Counted from the stretch's first letter, positions 1-9,376 are shown. The stretch: DNA of 49,282 nt from Oligoflexia bacterium (GCA_043732305.1 JAYTHU010000239.1:1-49282); one strand, 5' to 3'. Notes: generated by a model not told the origin, from the sequence alone. Made by a program: numbers and translations.

Positions 1-1460
1 CCGGTGAGAAAGTATCCAGGATATTTTGTGAAGTAAGTTTCTTCAAAGCGTTTATGGTTTTTATAAACCGTGCGCATTTGTCCCGGCCAAGAATCACTGA
101 TCGCGAGTACTCCAGAGCCGGTACCTTTGATTTCTTTTCCTTCTTCGGTCAAAAGCACGGGCTTGATTCCAAAGAATGGCAGCGTGGCAGAACCGGGTTT
201 GAGTTTGATTGCTTTCGGAATTGGCGAAATTAAAATGCCACCGGTTTCCGTTTGCCACCAAGTGTCCATGATTTCGACGCGTCCACCACCGGCATTGTTT
301 CGCAACCAGTTCCAGGCTTCGGGATTTATTGGTTCACCCACCGAGCCCATGAGACGTAAACTTTTGAGTGAAAACTTTTTGATGTAATCGAGGGATTCAC
401 GCATCAGAGATCTGATGGCAGTTGGGGCAGTGTAAAAGACCGTCACTTTGTGTTTATCGATGATATCCCAAAATCTGGAAGCATCGGGATAAGTAGGGAT
501 GCCTTCAAACATCAAGACAGTGGCTCCGGCAGTGAGTGGGCCGTAAGCTAGGTAAGTGTGGCCCGTGATCCAGCCCACGTCTGCGGTGCACCAGAAAACG
601 TCGGTCTTTTTATAATCAAAAATGTACTGGTAAGTGGTTGTCGCAAAAACTAAATAGCCCCCGGTTGTATGCAATACGCCTTTGGGTTTTCCCGTTGATC
701 CTGAGGTGTACAATATAAACAGTGGATCTTCTGCACCCATGACTTCAAGTTCGCAGATTGATTCGACAGTTTCTTTTTCATCTTCCCAAATAAGATCGCG
801 GCCTTCTTTTATAGAAATTTCAGCGCCTGTATTTTTAATGACCAAAACTTTTCCGATGCATGGCATTTTCTTGGTGGCTTCGGCAGACAATCTATCCAGA
901 GCTTCGTCGACGGTTTTTTTGAGTGGAACGATTTTTCCACCGCGTCTTCCTTCGTCAGCGGTGATTAAAAATGTAGATTCGCAATCTTTCACACGATCGA
1001 CAATTGAATCAGCGGAAAAGCCGCCGAAAATCACATTGTGAATTGCGCCAATGCGATTGCACGCGTGCATTGCAAAAACCACTTCAGGAATCATGGGCAT
1101 GTAAATGGTGACGCGGTCGCCTTTTTTCACGCCATGTTTTTTTAAAACATTGGCCATGAGCGAAACTTCATCTTGAAGTTCTTGGTAGGTCACGGTACGT
1201 GCCGGAGTCTTAGGATTATCGTGTTCAAAAATGATGGCGGCTTTTGAGCCCCAAGATTTCACGTGCCGGTCTATACAGTTGTAGGAAGCGTTTAATTCTC
1301 CGCCTATAAACCATTCGATCGAAACCGGTTTTTTAAAACTTGTGCGTTTTACTTTTTTCCACTTTTTCGACCAGGAGATTTTCCCGGCTTGAGATGTCCA
1401 AAATTTTTCTGGATTATCAATGGATTCTTTATAGAGCAATTCGTATTCAGAAAAATTCAT
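1..1460 (-). CDS. acs: Acetyl-CoA synthetase (3' end runs off the window)
   Basis: Not in the ORF track. Manual translation from ATG at 1460: MNFSEYELLYKESIDNPEKFW...LNASYNCIDRH...ILYTSGSTGKPKG (AMP-binding loop)...FWCTADVGWITGHTY...GSVGEPINPEAW...DTWWQTETGG. Confidence 0.96.
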   Translation of the reverse strand, partial: MNFSEYELLYKESIDNPEKFWTSQAGKISWSKKWKKVKRTSFKKPVSIEWFIGGELNASYNCIDRHVKSWGSKAAIIFEHDNPKTPARTVTYQELQDEVSLMANVLKKHGVKKGDRVTIYMPMIPEVVFAMHACNRIGAIHNVIFGGFSADSIVDRVKDCESTFLITADEGRRGGKIVPLKKTVDEALDRLSAEATKKMPCIGKVLVIKNTGAEISIKEGRDLIWEDEKETVESICELEVMGAEDPLFILYTSGSTGKPKGVLHTTGGYLVFATTTYQYIFDYKKTDVFWCTADVGWITGHTYLAYGPLTAGATVLMFEGIPTYPDASRFWDIIDKHKVTVFYTAPTAIRSLMRESLDYIKKFSLKSLRLMGSVGEPINPEAWNWLRNNAGGGRVEIMDTWWQTETGGILISPIPKAIKLKPGSATLPFFGIKPVLLTEEGKEIKGTGSGVLAISDSWPGQMRTVYKNHKRFEETYFTKYPGYFLT

Positions 1461-1469
1461 TGGACCTTT

Positions 1470-2924
1470 TTATCGAGGTGGTTCCCAAATTCCGGAACCT
1501 CTCAAAAATGTTGGGGCTTGTGCTCTCAATGGGATGAGGAGATCATTGGCTTCAGAACCAAGAATGTATCTTCCTTTCATGGATGCTGTAAATGGCGTAA
1601 CCATCATGGCGTCCAAAACTTTAATTCCATGTTTTTTAGCGAGGTCAACTAGCATGACGACGGTTTCTTTGGCATCGCCAATAGTTTCATAAGCGACTGT
1701 GTCAGGGGTCGGAGCATTTCCAGCTAATTCCACGAAGGATGCGCCAAGGAATTTCCTCTTGCCTGTAGCAGGATCCACAGGACTCCATTTCTCCACGGTG
1801 GACATGTTGCCAGTATTGTAATTGTCCATGTATTCCTGTCGAAGCTCCGGGAACTGTTCCGGACTATACCGATTAGAGCTAGGGTCCATTTCAACTTTTT
1901 GTCCCGTGACTAGATGTTTTCCCGCGCGATCTTGTTTGGGAAGAGCATCAATGGCTTCTTCAAAATTATGGTTGTAAGCATAGAGAAAGCCTGACGCCAC
2001 ATTCTTCTTCATTGTTTTTCTAAGCTCTTTAAATGTTTTGCTCGACTCAGTTTCGTCCACCATGATGACTCCACGGATGACCGGGTTAAACCAACCTTTG
2101 ACTGAAAGAAACACTTCTGGAGTATTTGTGACTCGTCCATCTGGGTAAAGCACGTTTCTTTCGGTTTCTCGCATAGGAACTACCTTGAGTGGATTGATCA
2201 TCAGCGGAAGGCTGATGGCGTCGACTCTTACCAATTTCACTTGGGCGGGCATGGTCAAAAGCTGTTTGGGATCTCGCCGTGCATTTTTAATTTTATAGAG
2301 TTCCTGTTTCACCAGCAATTGTTCTTGCGGGCCTAAAGGACTCTCTCGACTAGGGTTAATCTTAAGATTAGCGATAGCTTGTTTAAAATCGGCGTCATAC
2401 TCTTCCGGAGATTTCGAAGAAAGCCTGTCTCCATCGGAGTAATTTGCAAAGTCAATATTGGGATCAGATTCATAAACTTCAAAATTAGAATCTGCTAATA
2501 TTTTTTTATAGATGGCAACTATCTGATCATTGGGAAGATCAAATGATTTTCCACTCAAGACGTCGTTTAAATTTGAATTCTTTAAAATGATGTAAACCGA
2601 TTTAAGTAGCAGTGCTCCTTCTAGATCAGAATGGGCTTGAGCTGCTTCTAAAGAAGGCATTACAAAAAGTCTTTGTCCCCAACCAAATGCGCCCTTCATG
2701 AGTGCAGCATTTTTATTCGCGGTTGTGGTTGCAGGCAATGTGCCCTTCATGCCTCGATATCCAATATTGTTAGGGCTACTCAAGACCCCTTCGAGCAGTG
2801 GCGAAACTTTTTCGACAATGATGTCTACGCACTTTGATTCGTCGGCGAACGTTTGAATTGAAAATCCGCTTAAAGAAACAAGGGCCAGGGCTAAAACATA
2901 ACGTTTGAGTTCAAGTGAAAGCAT
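1470..2924 (-). CDS. Signal-peptide-bearing, enlarged Leu/Phe-tRNA-protein transferase (Aat)-like protein, paralogue 1
   Basis: Signal peptide (...SIQTFA|DESKC). Aat-like motifs in order: GAFGW, WFNPVIRGVI, YNHNFEEAI, STVEKW, PDTVAY, AKETVVMLVDLAKKHGIKVLDAMMVTPFTASMKG, ending IWEPPR. Clear paralogue of 2925..4619. Confidence 0.68.
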   Translation of the reverse strand: MLSLELKRYVLALALVSLSGFSIQTFADESKCVDIIVEKVSPLLEGVLSSPNNIGYRGMKGTLPATTTANKNAALMKGAFGWGQRLFVMPSLEAAQAHSDLEGALLLKSVYIILKNSNLNDVLSGKSFDLPNDQIVAIYKKILADSNFEVYESDPNIDFANYSDGDRLSSKSPEEYDADFKQAIANLKINPSRESPLGPQEQLLVKQELYKIKNARRDPKQLLTMPAQVKLVRVDAISLPLMINPLKVVPMRETERNVLYPDGRVTNTPEVFLSVKGWFNPVIRGVIMVDETESSKTFKELRKTMKKNVASGFLYAYNHNFEEAIDALPKQDRAGKHLVTGQKVEMDPSSNRYSPEQFPELRQEYMDNYNTGNMSTVEKWSPVDPATGKRKFLGASFVELAGNAPTPDTVAYETIGDAKETVVMLVDLAKKHGIKVLDAMMVTPFTASMKGRYILGSEANDLLIPLRAQAPTFLRGSGIWEPPR

Positions 2925-4619
2925 TTATTTCTCCACTGTTTTCGGGTGCCAAAAAGTGCGCGTGACGAAACTCACGGGCGGAAGTTGGCTTAAAATTCCG
3001 GCAAATCTTTCGAAAAATTCTCTGGGTACATATTTTGCAGCCATAATCGCCGAGGTATGGGTAATCATTTGAGTGTCGAGCAAGAAGATTTTATTTTCTT
3101 CCACGCGCAAAACCACGATTGCTAAACTGAGTTTTGCGTAATCAATCGCTTTAATTTTAAGAAACACCTCTTTTGGTTCAAGCAATTTGATTTCGCCATT
3201 AAATTGTTTTTTCTTTTGTCTTTCGGCAATTTTTTGCTCGCGATCTTTTTCAATAGTGTCGGCGGCAACTTCACGCACAAACTGACGATATTTCGCCATT
3301 TCAAGTTTGCCCGCAGCTTTCACTTCAGGTGACATTTTAGAAAGCTTCGCTTCCCAGTCTTTGTCTATTTTTCCAGGATTGGCTTCGAGTTCAACGGCAT
3401 CAGCAAATGTACGGTTATATCCTAAAGTGTCTGGTACGGAAAGTTCGCCCACGTTTTCACCAAGGCAAGTGGCGATGAGAATTCTTTTCCCACTGACGGG
3501 ATGTGCGGGAGACCAAATTTCAACGGAGTACGCTTCTTTTTTCGCTACCCGTTCTGCCCACATCTTTTGATTCTTCGCTAATTTTTCAGGAGCAAAACGA
3601 TTTGTTGTCGCGTCTCGCTCAATAGCTTCGCCTGTTAAAATATGTGGAGAGGTACGGTCTTGTTTAGATAATAAAGCAAGGCTCTCATTGAGATTTCCGT
3701 TAATAGTGTAAGCGTAGCCCAGGCGCTCGCCTTTTCTCAAAATGCGCACCAATTCTTTGACAGATTTTGATTTTATAAAATCTGCGCGCAACAAAACTCC
3801 ACGATAGCGAGGAGAAGCATAACCGTCTTGGAAAAAATTCTTACGTGCTCGTCCGAGTGCTCCATCAGAAAAGACTTCTGATCTTCGAGTATCATCGGCA
3901 AGCGTGACCTTTGTGTAATCTAAAATGTCTTTGAGTTTTGATTTATCAATCAAAACGAGTTTCACCCCAGAGGGGGGGGATGCATCACGGCGCGAATACT
4001 TTAAAACTTGAGCTGCACGCATCTCAACATTTGTGAGAGGTGTGCGAATAGCTTCGCCAGGTTTGACGACTGACTTTATGGCATCCAAAGTTTCTTCGAT
4101 TTTAAATCCAACTTTATCACCTTCATGATAGGCGGATAAATCCATATTAGGATCTGGCTCGTACATCTCAAGCTGAGGATCTTCAGTTAATTTTCTGAAA
4201 TAGTTTTGCACTTCGTTGAGTGGAACTGTTGAAGCTTTTTGGTTGAAGACGTCTTCTAACATTTTACCATGTGAAATAATATAGACGGGCCAAAGTAGAA
4301 CATTTTCTTCTTGAGCGAGATGCGCTTCGGCTTCTTCTTTGCTGGAAACCACAACATATTCTTGTCTCCATTCAAGGAGACCATTTCTTTTGGCAGCTTC
4401 TAATTTTTTCGGGTCAGATTCGATCTTGTCGCCAATAAATCCACGGGTGCCGATTTCGTTTTCTAGATAGTCTTGTTTGGCATGTTTCGAAATTGAAACA
4501 GGTTTGGAAATAGTCAAAAGCGGTGGAACACAACCAGTGGTTTCCTCCCCATAAGCTTTAGGAAAGACTAAACAAAGTAAGATAAATGCAGACAGAGCTG
4601 CAGTCTTTTGGAGTTCCAA
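2925..4619 (-). CDS. Signal-peptide-bearing, enlarged Aat-like protein, paralogue 2
   Basis: TTG start with AGGAGG 8 nt upstream; signal peptide (...PKAYG|EETTGC). Motifs NGLLEW, ASPRYRGVL, AYSVEIW, AKLSLAIVVLRVEENKIFLLDTQMITHTSAIMAAKYVPREFF and FWHPK are colinear with E. coli Aat (GIFPW, WSPDPRAVL, AHSIEVW, SKTAL...IDCQ...HTASLGA..IPR, FWVPR). Confidence 0.75.
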   Translation of the reverse strand: MELQKTAALSAFILLCLVFPKAYGEETTGCVPPLLTISKPVSISKHAKQDYLENEIGTRGFIGDKIESDPKKLEAAKRNGLLEWRQEYVVVSSKEEAEAHLAQEENVLLWPVYIISHGKMLEDVFNQKASTVPLNEVQNYFRKLTEDPQLEMYEPDPNMDLSAYHEGDKVGFKIEETLDAIKSVVKPGEAIRTPLTNVEMRAAQVLKYSRRDASPPSGVKLVLIDKSKLKDILDYTKVTLADDTRRSEVFSDGALGRARKNFFQDGYASPRYRGVLLRADFIKSKSVKELVRILRKGERLGYAYTINGNLNESLALLSKQDRTSPHILTGEAIERDATTNRFAPEKLAKNQKMWAERVAKKEAYSVEIWSPAHPVSGKRILIATCLGENVGELSVPDTLGYNRTFADAVELEANPGKIDKDWEAKLSKMSPEVKAAGKLEMAKYRQFVREVAADTIEKDREQKIAERQKKKQFNGEIKLLEPKEVFLKIKAIDYAKLSLAIVVLRVEENKIFLLDTQMITHTSAIMAAKYVPREFFERFAGILSQLPPVSFVTRTFWHPKTVEK

Positions 4620-4696
4620 AATACGTTCCTCCTAGAAAAATCGTAATTAAGACGATAGTCTAGTAAATTAACATATTTGACGCGTAATATCAATTT

Positions 4697-6217
4697 TTAT
4701 TTGGAAAAGATTACAGCTTGTTTCTCAGCGGGAGGACCGGTTTTGGTAAATTTACCAGAATCTTCCCAATCTAGTAGCTTCTTGATGCTTGCCTCAACGG
4801 TAGCCTCATCAGGGTGGGCTAGCCACACGTGGCCAATTGAGGAACTCATGTCTACAGTCTCGGGAACTGCGGCTCCATCTTTGAAGTAGTAGGAGTGACC
4901 AAAGTAACCTGGGAGATTTTTAACATCTTCAGTCATTGCGTGGGATGAATGTTGATTGAGCTCAAAATTATTTATGCTGACAACAGCTAGGGATTTTTTG
5001 AATTCGTAGCCAACGGGTCTATTGGCGAATTTCTCAGGACTAAAATAAGCTTCCATACCCACGCTCAACTGACTTTCGCCAAGAGCAAGCTCTTCAAAAA
5101 GCGGTTGGCGAGATCCCATCATTCGATTCCCGATTTCAATAAGAACGGGAGCTGGGCGATTCAGATCGACGTAGCCAATCTGTCCATTTTCGCCGATCAC
5201 TTTCATTTCCGCACCGCGGTCAGTGAACTTGATTTCAGCGTGGCCCCAACCAGTTTTGATTCCCAAGGAATCTAAAACTTTGAATGTGTAATCCACTAGT
5301 TCTTTTTGCAAAGGTCCTTCGAAGGGCATCAAGCGATCCACTGAATAGATGTTGCGTGATCCGCGTTTTTTCTTGGTGTAGCGAATGATGGAATTAACGA
5401 CATGCTTGCCGGAGCCACTCGTGGTGTTGACCACAAATTCTGCATCAATCAAACCTTTTGCATCAGGCATAAAGGCCTGAACGAGCACGGTTGAATTTAC
5501 GATTCCATACTCATTGATTTTTCCGTGGATCTCTTTGAAGTTGGCGACGGCTTCATCAATGTTGTGTGCAATGCGGACATCATTGCCACCTGCAGCGTCT
5601 CGGGGCTTTTGAACGGTGACTTCTTTGGTGAGATTTTTTTCTATCAGCCATCTTCGTGCTTCTTCAGCATTATCTGTCGCCATTTGTTTGACTGAATAAA
5701 GTCCGGCATCGCGTACAGCCTCGCCCATAAATAGTTTGTCTCTTCGACCTTCATGAATGCCATTCGATGGAACTAATAATTCTGGATAGCGATCTCTAAA
5801 AGCGGTTGTCACATGATCCATCAGAATGACGCCAGACTCTGAACCCGCCATAACCGCGTCTGGTTTAAATTCATAAAGAAATGTCATCAGCTTATCTAAA
5901 TCGCCGTCATATTCATAATCTTTGTAATATTTAGAGGGGGAAAAAGTATCTGCAAGGTGGGAGTGGGGGGTGCCAGAAGCATGAACATGGACAATACGAA
6001 CATCATGATTAGGATAATGAATTGCCATGTATGTTTTGAAAGCTTCCGGCAAATTGTCGCCAGAAGAATAAGCGTTCACGAGAACGAGCGTCTTCATGCA
6101 ATTGCCAGCAGTTTTTGCTAGCTGAGATTTTGATGCCGACGAGTCAGCCATTGAGATCGCTGAAAAAGCGGAAACTAAAACTAAAGATAGCAAGGCCCGT
6201 GATATTGTATTGAACAA
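4697..6217 (-). CDS. ATP-grasp ligase (NikS/DdaF/L-amino-acid ligase-like) with an N-terminal signal peptide
   Basis: Start reassigned to TTG 6217 (GGAGG upstream). Motifs VNAYSSG, AGSESGV, RRDK, KPRDAAGG, VLVQAF, EFVVN, GHAEIK, PVLIEIGNRMMG. Confidence 0.85.
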   Translation of the reverse strand: MFNTISRALLSLVLVSAFSAISMADSSASKSQLAKTAGNCMKTLVLVNAYSSGDNLPEAFKTYMAIHYPNHDVRIVHVHASGTPHSHLADTFSPSKYYKDYEYDGDLDKLMTFLYEFKPDAVMAGSESGVILMDHVTTAFRDRYPELLVPSNGIHEGRRDKLFMGEAVRDAGLYSVKQMATDNAEEARRWLIEKNLTKEVTVQKPRDAAGGNDVRIAHNIDEAVANFKEIHGKINEYGIVNSTVLVQAFMPDAKGLIDAEFVVNTTSGSGKHVVNSIIRYTKKKRGSRNIYSVDRLMPFEGPLQKELVDYTFKVLDSLGIKTGWGHAEIKFTDRGAEMKVIGENGQIGYVDLNRPAPVLIEIGNRMMGSRQPLFEELALGESQLSVGMEAYFSPEKFANRPVGYEFKKSLAVVSINNFELNQHSSHAMTEDVKNLPGYFGHSYYFKDGAAVPETVDMSSSIGHVWLAHPDEATVEASIKKLLDWEDSGKFTKTGPPAEKQAVIFSK

Positions 6218-6375
6218 TTCTAATTCCCTCCCAGAAATTATTAGAGTTCCCCATACAATAGCAATTCGATTCAATTAGCAAGGGCCGTGTAAATATTCAT
6301 GGTGAGTGACGAAAAATGTCTTGAGAGTAAAAACGAGTTCGGAGCTAAAGGAAAATATTTTTTTATGCCACCCGA

Positions 6376-7683
6376 TCAAAAGGCCCAGTACGGACCGGTG
6401 ATGCTGATGCCAGTTGCCGTGCGACCTTGAAATCCCACGTAAACTGCATGTCCTAAGAAGAATGGAAGTCCCCAGTCAAACGTATCTGTGATTCCGGCTG
6501 GAAGACCGGTCGCAACAGTCGGTGCAATGAGAACACCTGATGAGAAAACGGAATCCGCCCCATCGACACGAAAATTATTTGTAAGTGATGGCGTTCCTGT
6601 AGATCCAACCATTGTGGTGGTGTAGCAAGCCGGACTGTTTGGGCAATACCAACCTTTGTTGACGGCACAATTATTCATTCCATTCACATATGGAAAACTG
6701 TAAGTGTTTGTTCCGCTATCGATGAAACTATCAGGCATAGAAACGCCGTTAAAGTTAGTTGTGAAATTCATGTAGCTATTCATTGGAAATGCATTTAGGC
6801 CAGTGGCCGTATTATTTGATTGCGTTCCAATTCCCATGATGAAAGTTCCGTTGTCACTCGTTGCTCCGGGAACATTTACTCCCGGCAGAGCTAAGATCAC
6901 GCCATTATTGTCTTGAGAAAGTGCGTACACAGGATTGATCACTTGCTTGCTTGGATAGAGAGCAATGGCTGAGGTTGAAGTGCATGTTCCACCAAGACAA
7001 CCATAGTATGTTGGGTTGCTACATCCAGTGCTTCCACAATCATAAGCAAACGGGCCAACACCTAAGATGCCGTTGTATCCAGCAGCAGCCGGCGTGGTGT
7101 TTGGAGCATTCGATGCGCAGAGATTGGAAACTGGAAATGTGGCCTGGGCTTGCGAAGCATCGAGAATAGTTTGGATTGGCATAGAGGTAGATGTTTCTCC
7201 TCCTAATGTCACCATCGCTTGTTGCACGGGACCCCAAGTAGCGCCAATACCAAAAAGCGCGCACTCCGCAATACTTTTTCCTACCGAGGACACTTGGGTT
7301 AAGCTCACTGTGATAAGACTGCTGAAAATTCTCAATCCAAAACTTCCTGTATCGAGAAGAATATTATTTATAGTTTGGCAGGTGGTGGGTGATGATGGCG
7401 AACAAATTGTAACGGACACGCAAGGGACGTTTGCATCGCCAACTGCATTGCAAAAGTAAATTGGCATAACGTTGATGCCGGTGGCGCTTGCTTGAGTCGG
7501 AGTAGTAGTTCTTACCACTTGAGCCGTCGAACAAGAAATACTTGCCGCGATAGTTGGAGTGGACCCATTGCCCGTAGTATTTTGTTGGCAGGCTTCATGA
7601 CTGAACATGACTCCCGCAAAAACTAAGATACCGGCAAGATTTTTCCTATTAAGTTTATTAAAAGTTAGCTTATTGAATTTCAT
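6376..7683 (-). CDS. DUF3443-family Cys-rich exported/lipoprotein with two aspartic-protease-like motifs
   Basis: NVPCVSVTICSP, ILLDTGSFGLRI, NGILGVG, NPV...DNNGVI, FIDSGTN, FDWGLPFFLG; lies next to a DUF2844 gene, the usual pairing. Confidence 0.82.
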   Translation of the reverse strand: MKFNKLTFNKLNRKNLAGILVFAGVMFSHEACQQNTTGNGSTPTIAASISCSTAQVVRTTTPTQASATGINVMPIYFCNAVGDANVPCVSVTICSPSSPTTCQTINNILLDTGSFGLRIFSSLITVSLTQVSSVGKSIAECALFGIGATWGPVQQAMVTLGGETSTSMPIQTILDASQAQATFPVSNLCASNAPNTTPAAAGYNGILGVGPFAYDCGSTGCSNPTYYGCLGGTCTSTSAIALYPSKQVINPVYALSQDNNGVILALPGVNVPGATSDNGTFIMGIGTQSNNTATGLNAFPMNSYMNFTTNFNGVSMPDSFIDSGTNTYSFPYVNGMNNCAVNKGWYCPNSPACYTTTMVGSTGTPSLTNNFRVDGADSVFSSGVLIAPTVATGLPAGITDTFDWGLPFFLGHAVYVGFQGRTATGISITGPYWAF

Positions 7684-8188
7684 CGGCGGTTACTCCCAAT
7701 GGTAAATTCTTAACAAGGATCGCTCGGCCTTTTAAATTCTTCATATGTCCGCCGTAAGAGACGTCAAGATCGGATGTTTGAACTTGTCGAAATCTTTTTC
7801 CATGATCTTCTTTTTCTTTTATTCCGCGCGCTTGAGCAAAGTCAGAAAAATGCTTCCCAAAAATTTGCGATAAATCTGGTTGAGCACCTCTCCAAGCCAC
7901 AGCAAAAACTTGTCCGGTTTTGCTCACATACTCTCGAACATATCCGTCAGTGGTGGTGATCTCGTGAAGATCATAATTTTCTTTTTGAGTGATAGCTGCT
8001 TGAGTACTTTTTAATTTCTTGTTTGATTTTTTTAATTGATCGGCAGAAACCGCTGGCTCAGGGGTGCTGTTGATCACATCCACATCGACTTGAACTGATG
8101 AGGCGTCACCACCGAGCGCCGCGAATGCATGTGCAGACGCAAAAATACTGAGTGGTATTAAAATGAGGATATAGATTTTCCTGATCAC
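7670..8188 (-). CDS. DUF2844-family exported protein
   Basis: GTG start with AAGGAG; signal peptide AHAFA|ALGG; VREYVSKTGQVFAVAWRG..PDLSQIFG, GGHMKNLKGRA, LPLGVTADEIQ. Confidence 0.85.
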   Translation of the reverse strand: MIRKIYILILIPLSIFASAHAFAALGGDASSVQVDVDVINSTPEPAVSADQLKKSNKKLKSTQAAITQKENYDLHEITTTDGYVREYVSKTGQVFAVAWRGAQPDLSQIFGKHFSDFAQARGIKEKEDHGKRFRQVQTSDLDVSYGGHMKNLKGRAILVKNLPLGVTADEIQ

Positions 8189-8212
8189 AAACGCTCCTTA
8201 TTGTTACCTGAC

Positions 8213-8240
8213 TTATCGGCGATTTGTCGGAAATATAAAG
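8213..8240 (-). promoter_or_regulatory. Candidate sigma28 (FliA) promoter for DUF2844-DUF3443
   Basis: Minus strand TTTA-N15-GCCGATAA; perfect -10, weak -35. Confidence 0.5.
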
Positions 8241-8410
8241 CTCAATAAGGCTGTTCCAAATGCTATAAAATGAGTATTAGATCAAATATGTTTTGAGGAA
8301 ATTTTTGGTGATTTCCCAAGATTGAGCCGCGGCTCACTGCGTTCGTGTGAGGCAACAGCCCCTGTTCTTTTGGCTTAGCAATAGAAACTTAATTCATAGA
8401 AACTTCCAAA

Positions 8411-9376
8411 TTAAAAATGCGCACCAATGGCAATTTTTATATCGCCAATGATAGAAGGAATGTCCAAAGAACTGGTCGAGTATTCGGTGTTATCTGCTGT
8501 TGCAATTACGGCTGCAAGAAAACTATTGCCGTTGTAACCGAAGGAAAAAAGAGCATCAGCTTTGTGTGTTCCACTGGCTGAACTGGTGGTTGTGACCCCG
8601 TCGGTGTAAGATCGAAATGCCGGTCCACCACCAAAATCAAGGAGCACTGTTAAAAACCAATACTGGCTCCAGATAAAACTATAGCCGTAGCCAATTTTAA
8701 AATTCGCGCTGTAGAACTGCACGTTCTGAATATTTTGATCGGAACCATAAGAAGCTCTAACCAAGCTTGGAATGAGTCCAGTTGGCGATTGGAAGCTTGT
8801 CTGACTCAACGCTAGTCCTAAAAGTAAAGAGCCTCCACTGCTCTCTTGGCGATCACTCTGTCCCAACGCTGCAATTATGGAAAATGTTTTAGGATTCAGG
8901 ATGAAGGTGCTGTTCAGGGAAATGTTTGTAGCTGTGAAGTTATGATCCTGAATTTTGACATCGTTTGTGGCTGCTGGATTCACTGACGTGGTGTTTTCCA
9001 CGTATAATCCCGTGTACCGTTGGTAATTAGCATCCGCATGAAAACCATTAAAATTTATTCCCAATCGATAATCATTGTAATTAGAATTTCCAAATTGTGT
9101 TTCTTGGCCGGAGTCCACTTGTGTCGCCCATGCGATACCGAGAGTTAAAAAATCTTTGATCGCAAAGTCTACGCCGTTGAGGGCGCGGATGTTCGGTTTC
9201 CATATAATTTCGGATGCACTATTGCTTTGGCTTTTAATGTCGACTTCGTAGGATGGAGATTCGACGTAAAAACGGCCGGTCACCAGCTTGTCATTGAAAT
9301 CACTGATCTGCGCAAAGGCCGAAGAGGTAAAAAAGAGAGTAAACAGAAATGAAAAAACATGCCCGTTTGTTTTCAA
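8411..9376 (-). CDS. Outer-membrane beta-barrel protein (DUF4421-like)
   Basis: Start reassigned to TTG 9376 (AAGGAAGG upstream, TTGA overlap with the upstream stop); signal peptide SAFA|QI; YQRYTGLY, QSDRQESSGGSLLLG, GYGYSFIW; C-terminal Phe. Confidence 0.7.
   Translation of the reverse strand: MKTNGHVFSFLFTLFFTSSAFAQISDFNDKLVTGRFYVESPSYEVDIKSQSNSASEIIWKPNIRALNGVDFAIKDFLTLGIAWATQVDSGQETQFGNSNYNDYRLGINFNGFHADANYQRYTGLYVENTTSVNPAATNDVKIQDHNFTATNISLNSTFILNPKTFSIIAALGQSDRQESSGGSLLLGLALSQTSFQSPTGLIPSLVRASYGSDQNIQNVQFYSANFKIGYGYSFIWSQYWFLTVLLDFGGGPAFRSYTDGVTTTSSASGTHKADALFSFGYNGNSFLAAVIATADNTEYSTSSLDIPSIIGDIKIAIGAHF

Noticed and set aside
70..1652. Plus-strand ORFs over acs, and the many other short antisense or nested ORFs in the track
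   Set aside because: Shadow frames of well-supported genes, with no motifs or SDs
6188..6289. 14-bp direct repeat TAGCAAGG(C/G)CCGTG, once in the ATP-grasp leader and once upstream
   Set aside because: Only two copies with a mismatch; compatible with chance
8323..8352. Palindrome TGAGCCGCGGCTCA and an overlapping small hairpin
   Set aside because: Single copy, no U-tract; no function can be assigned
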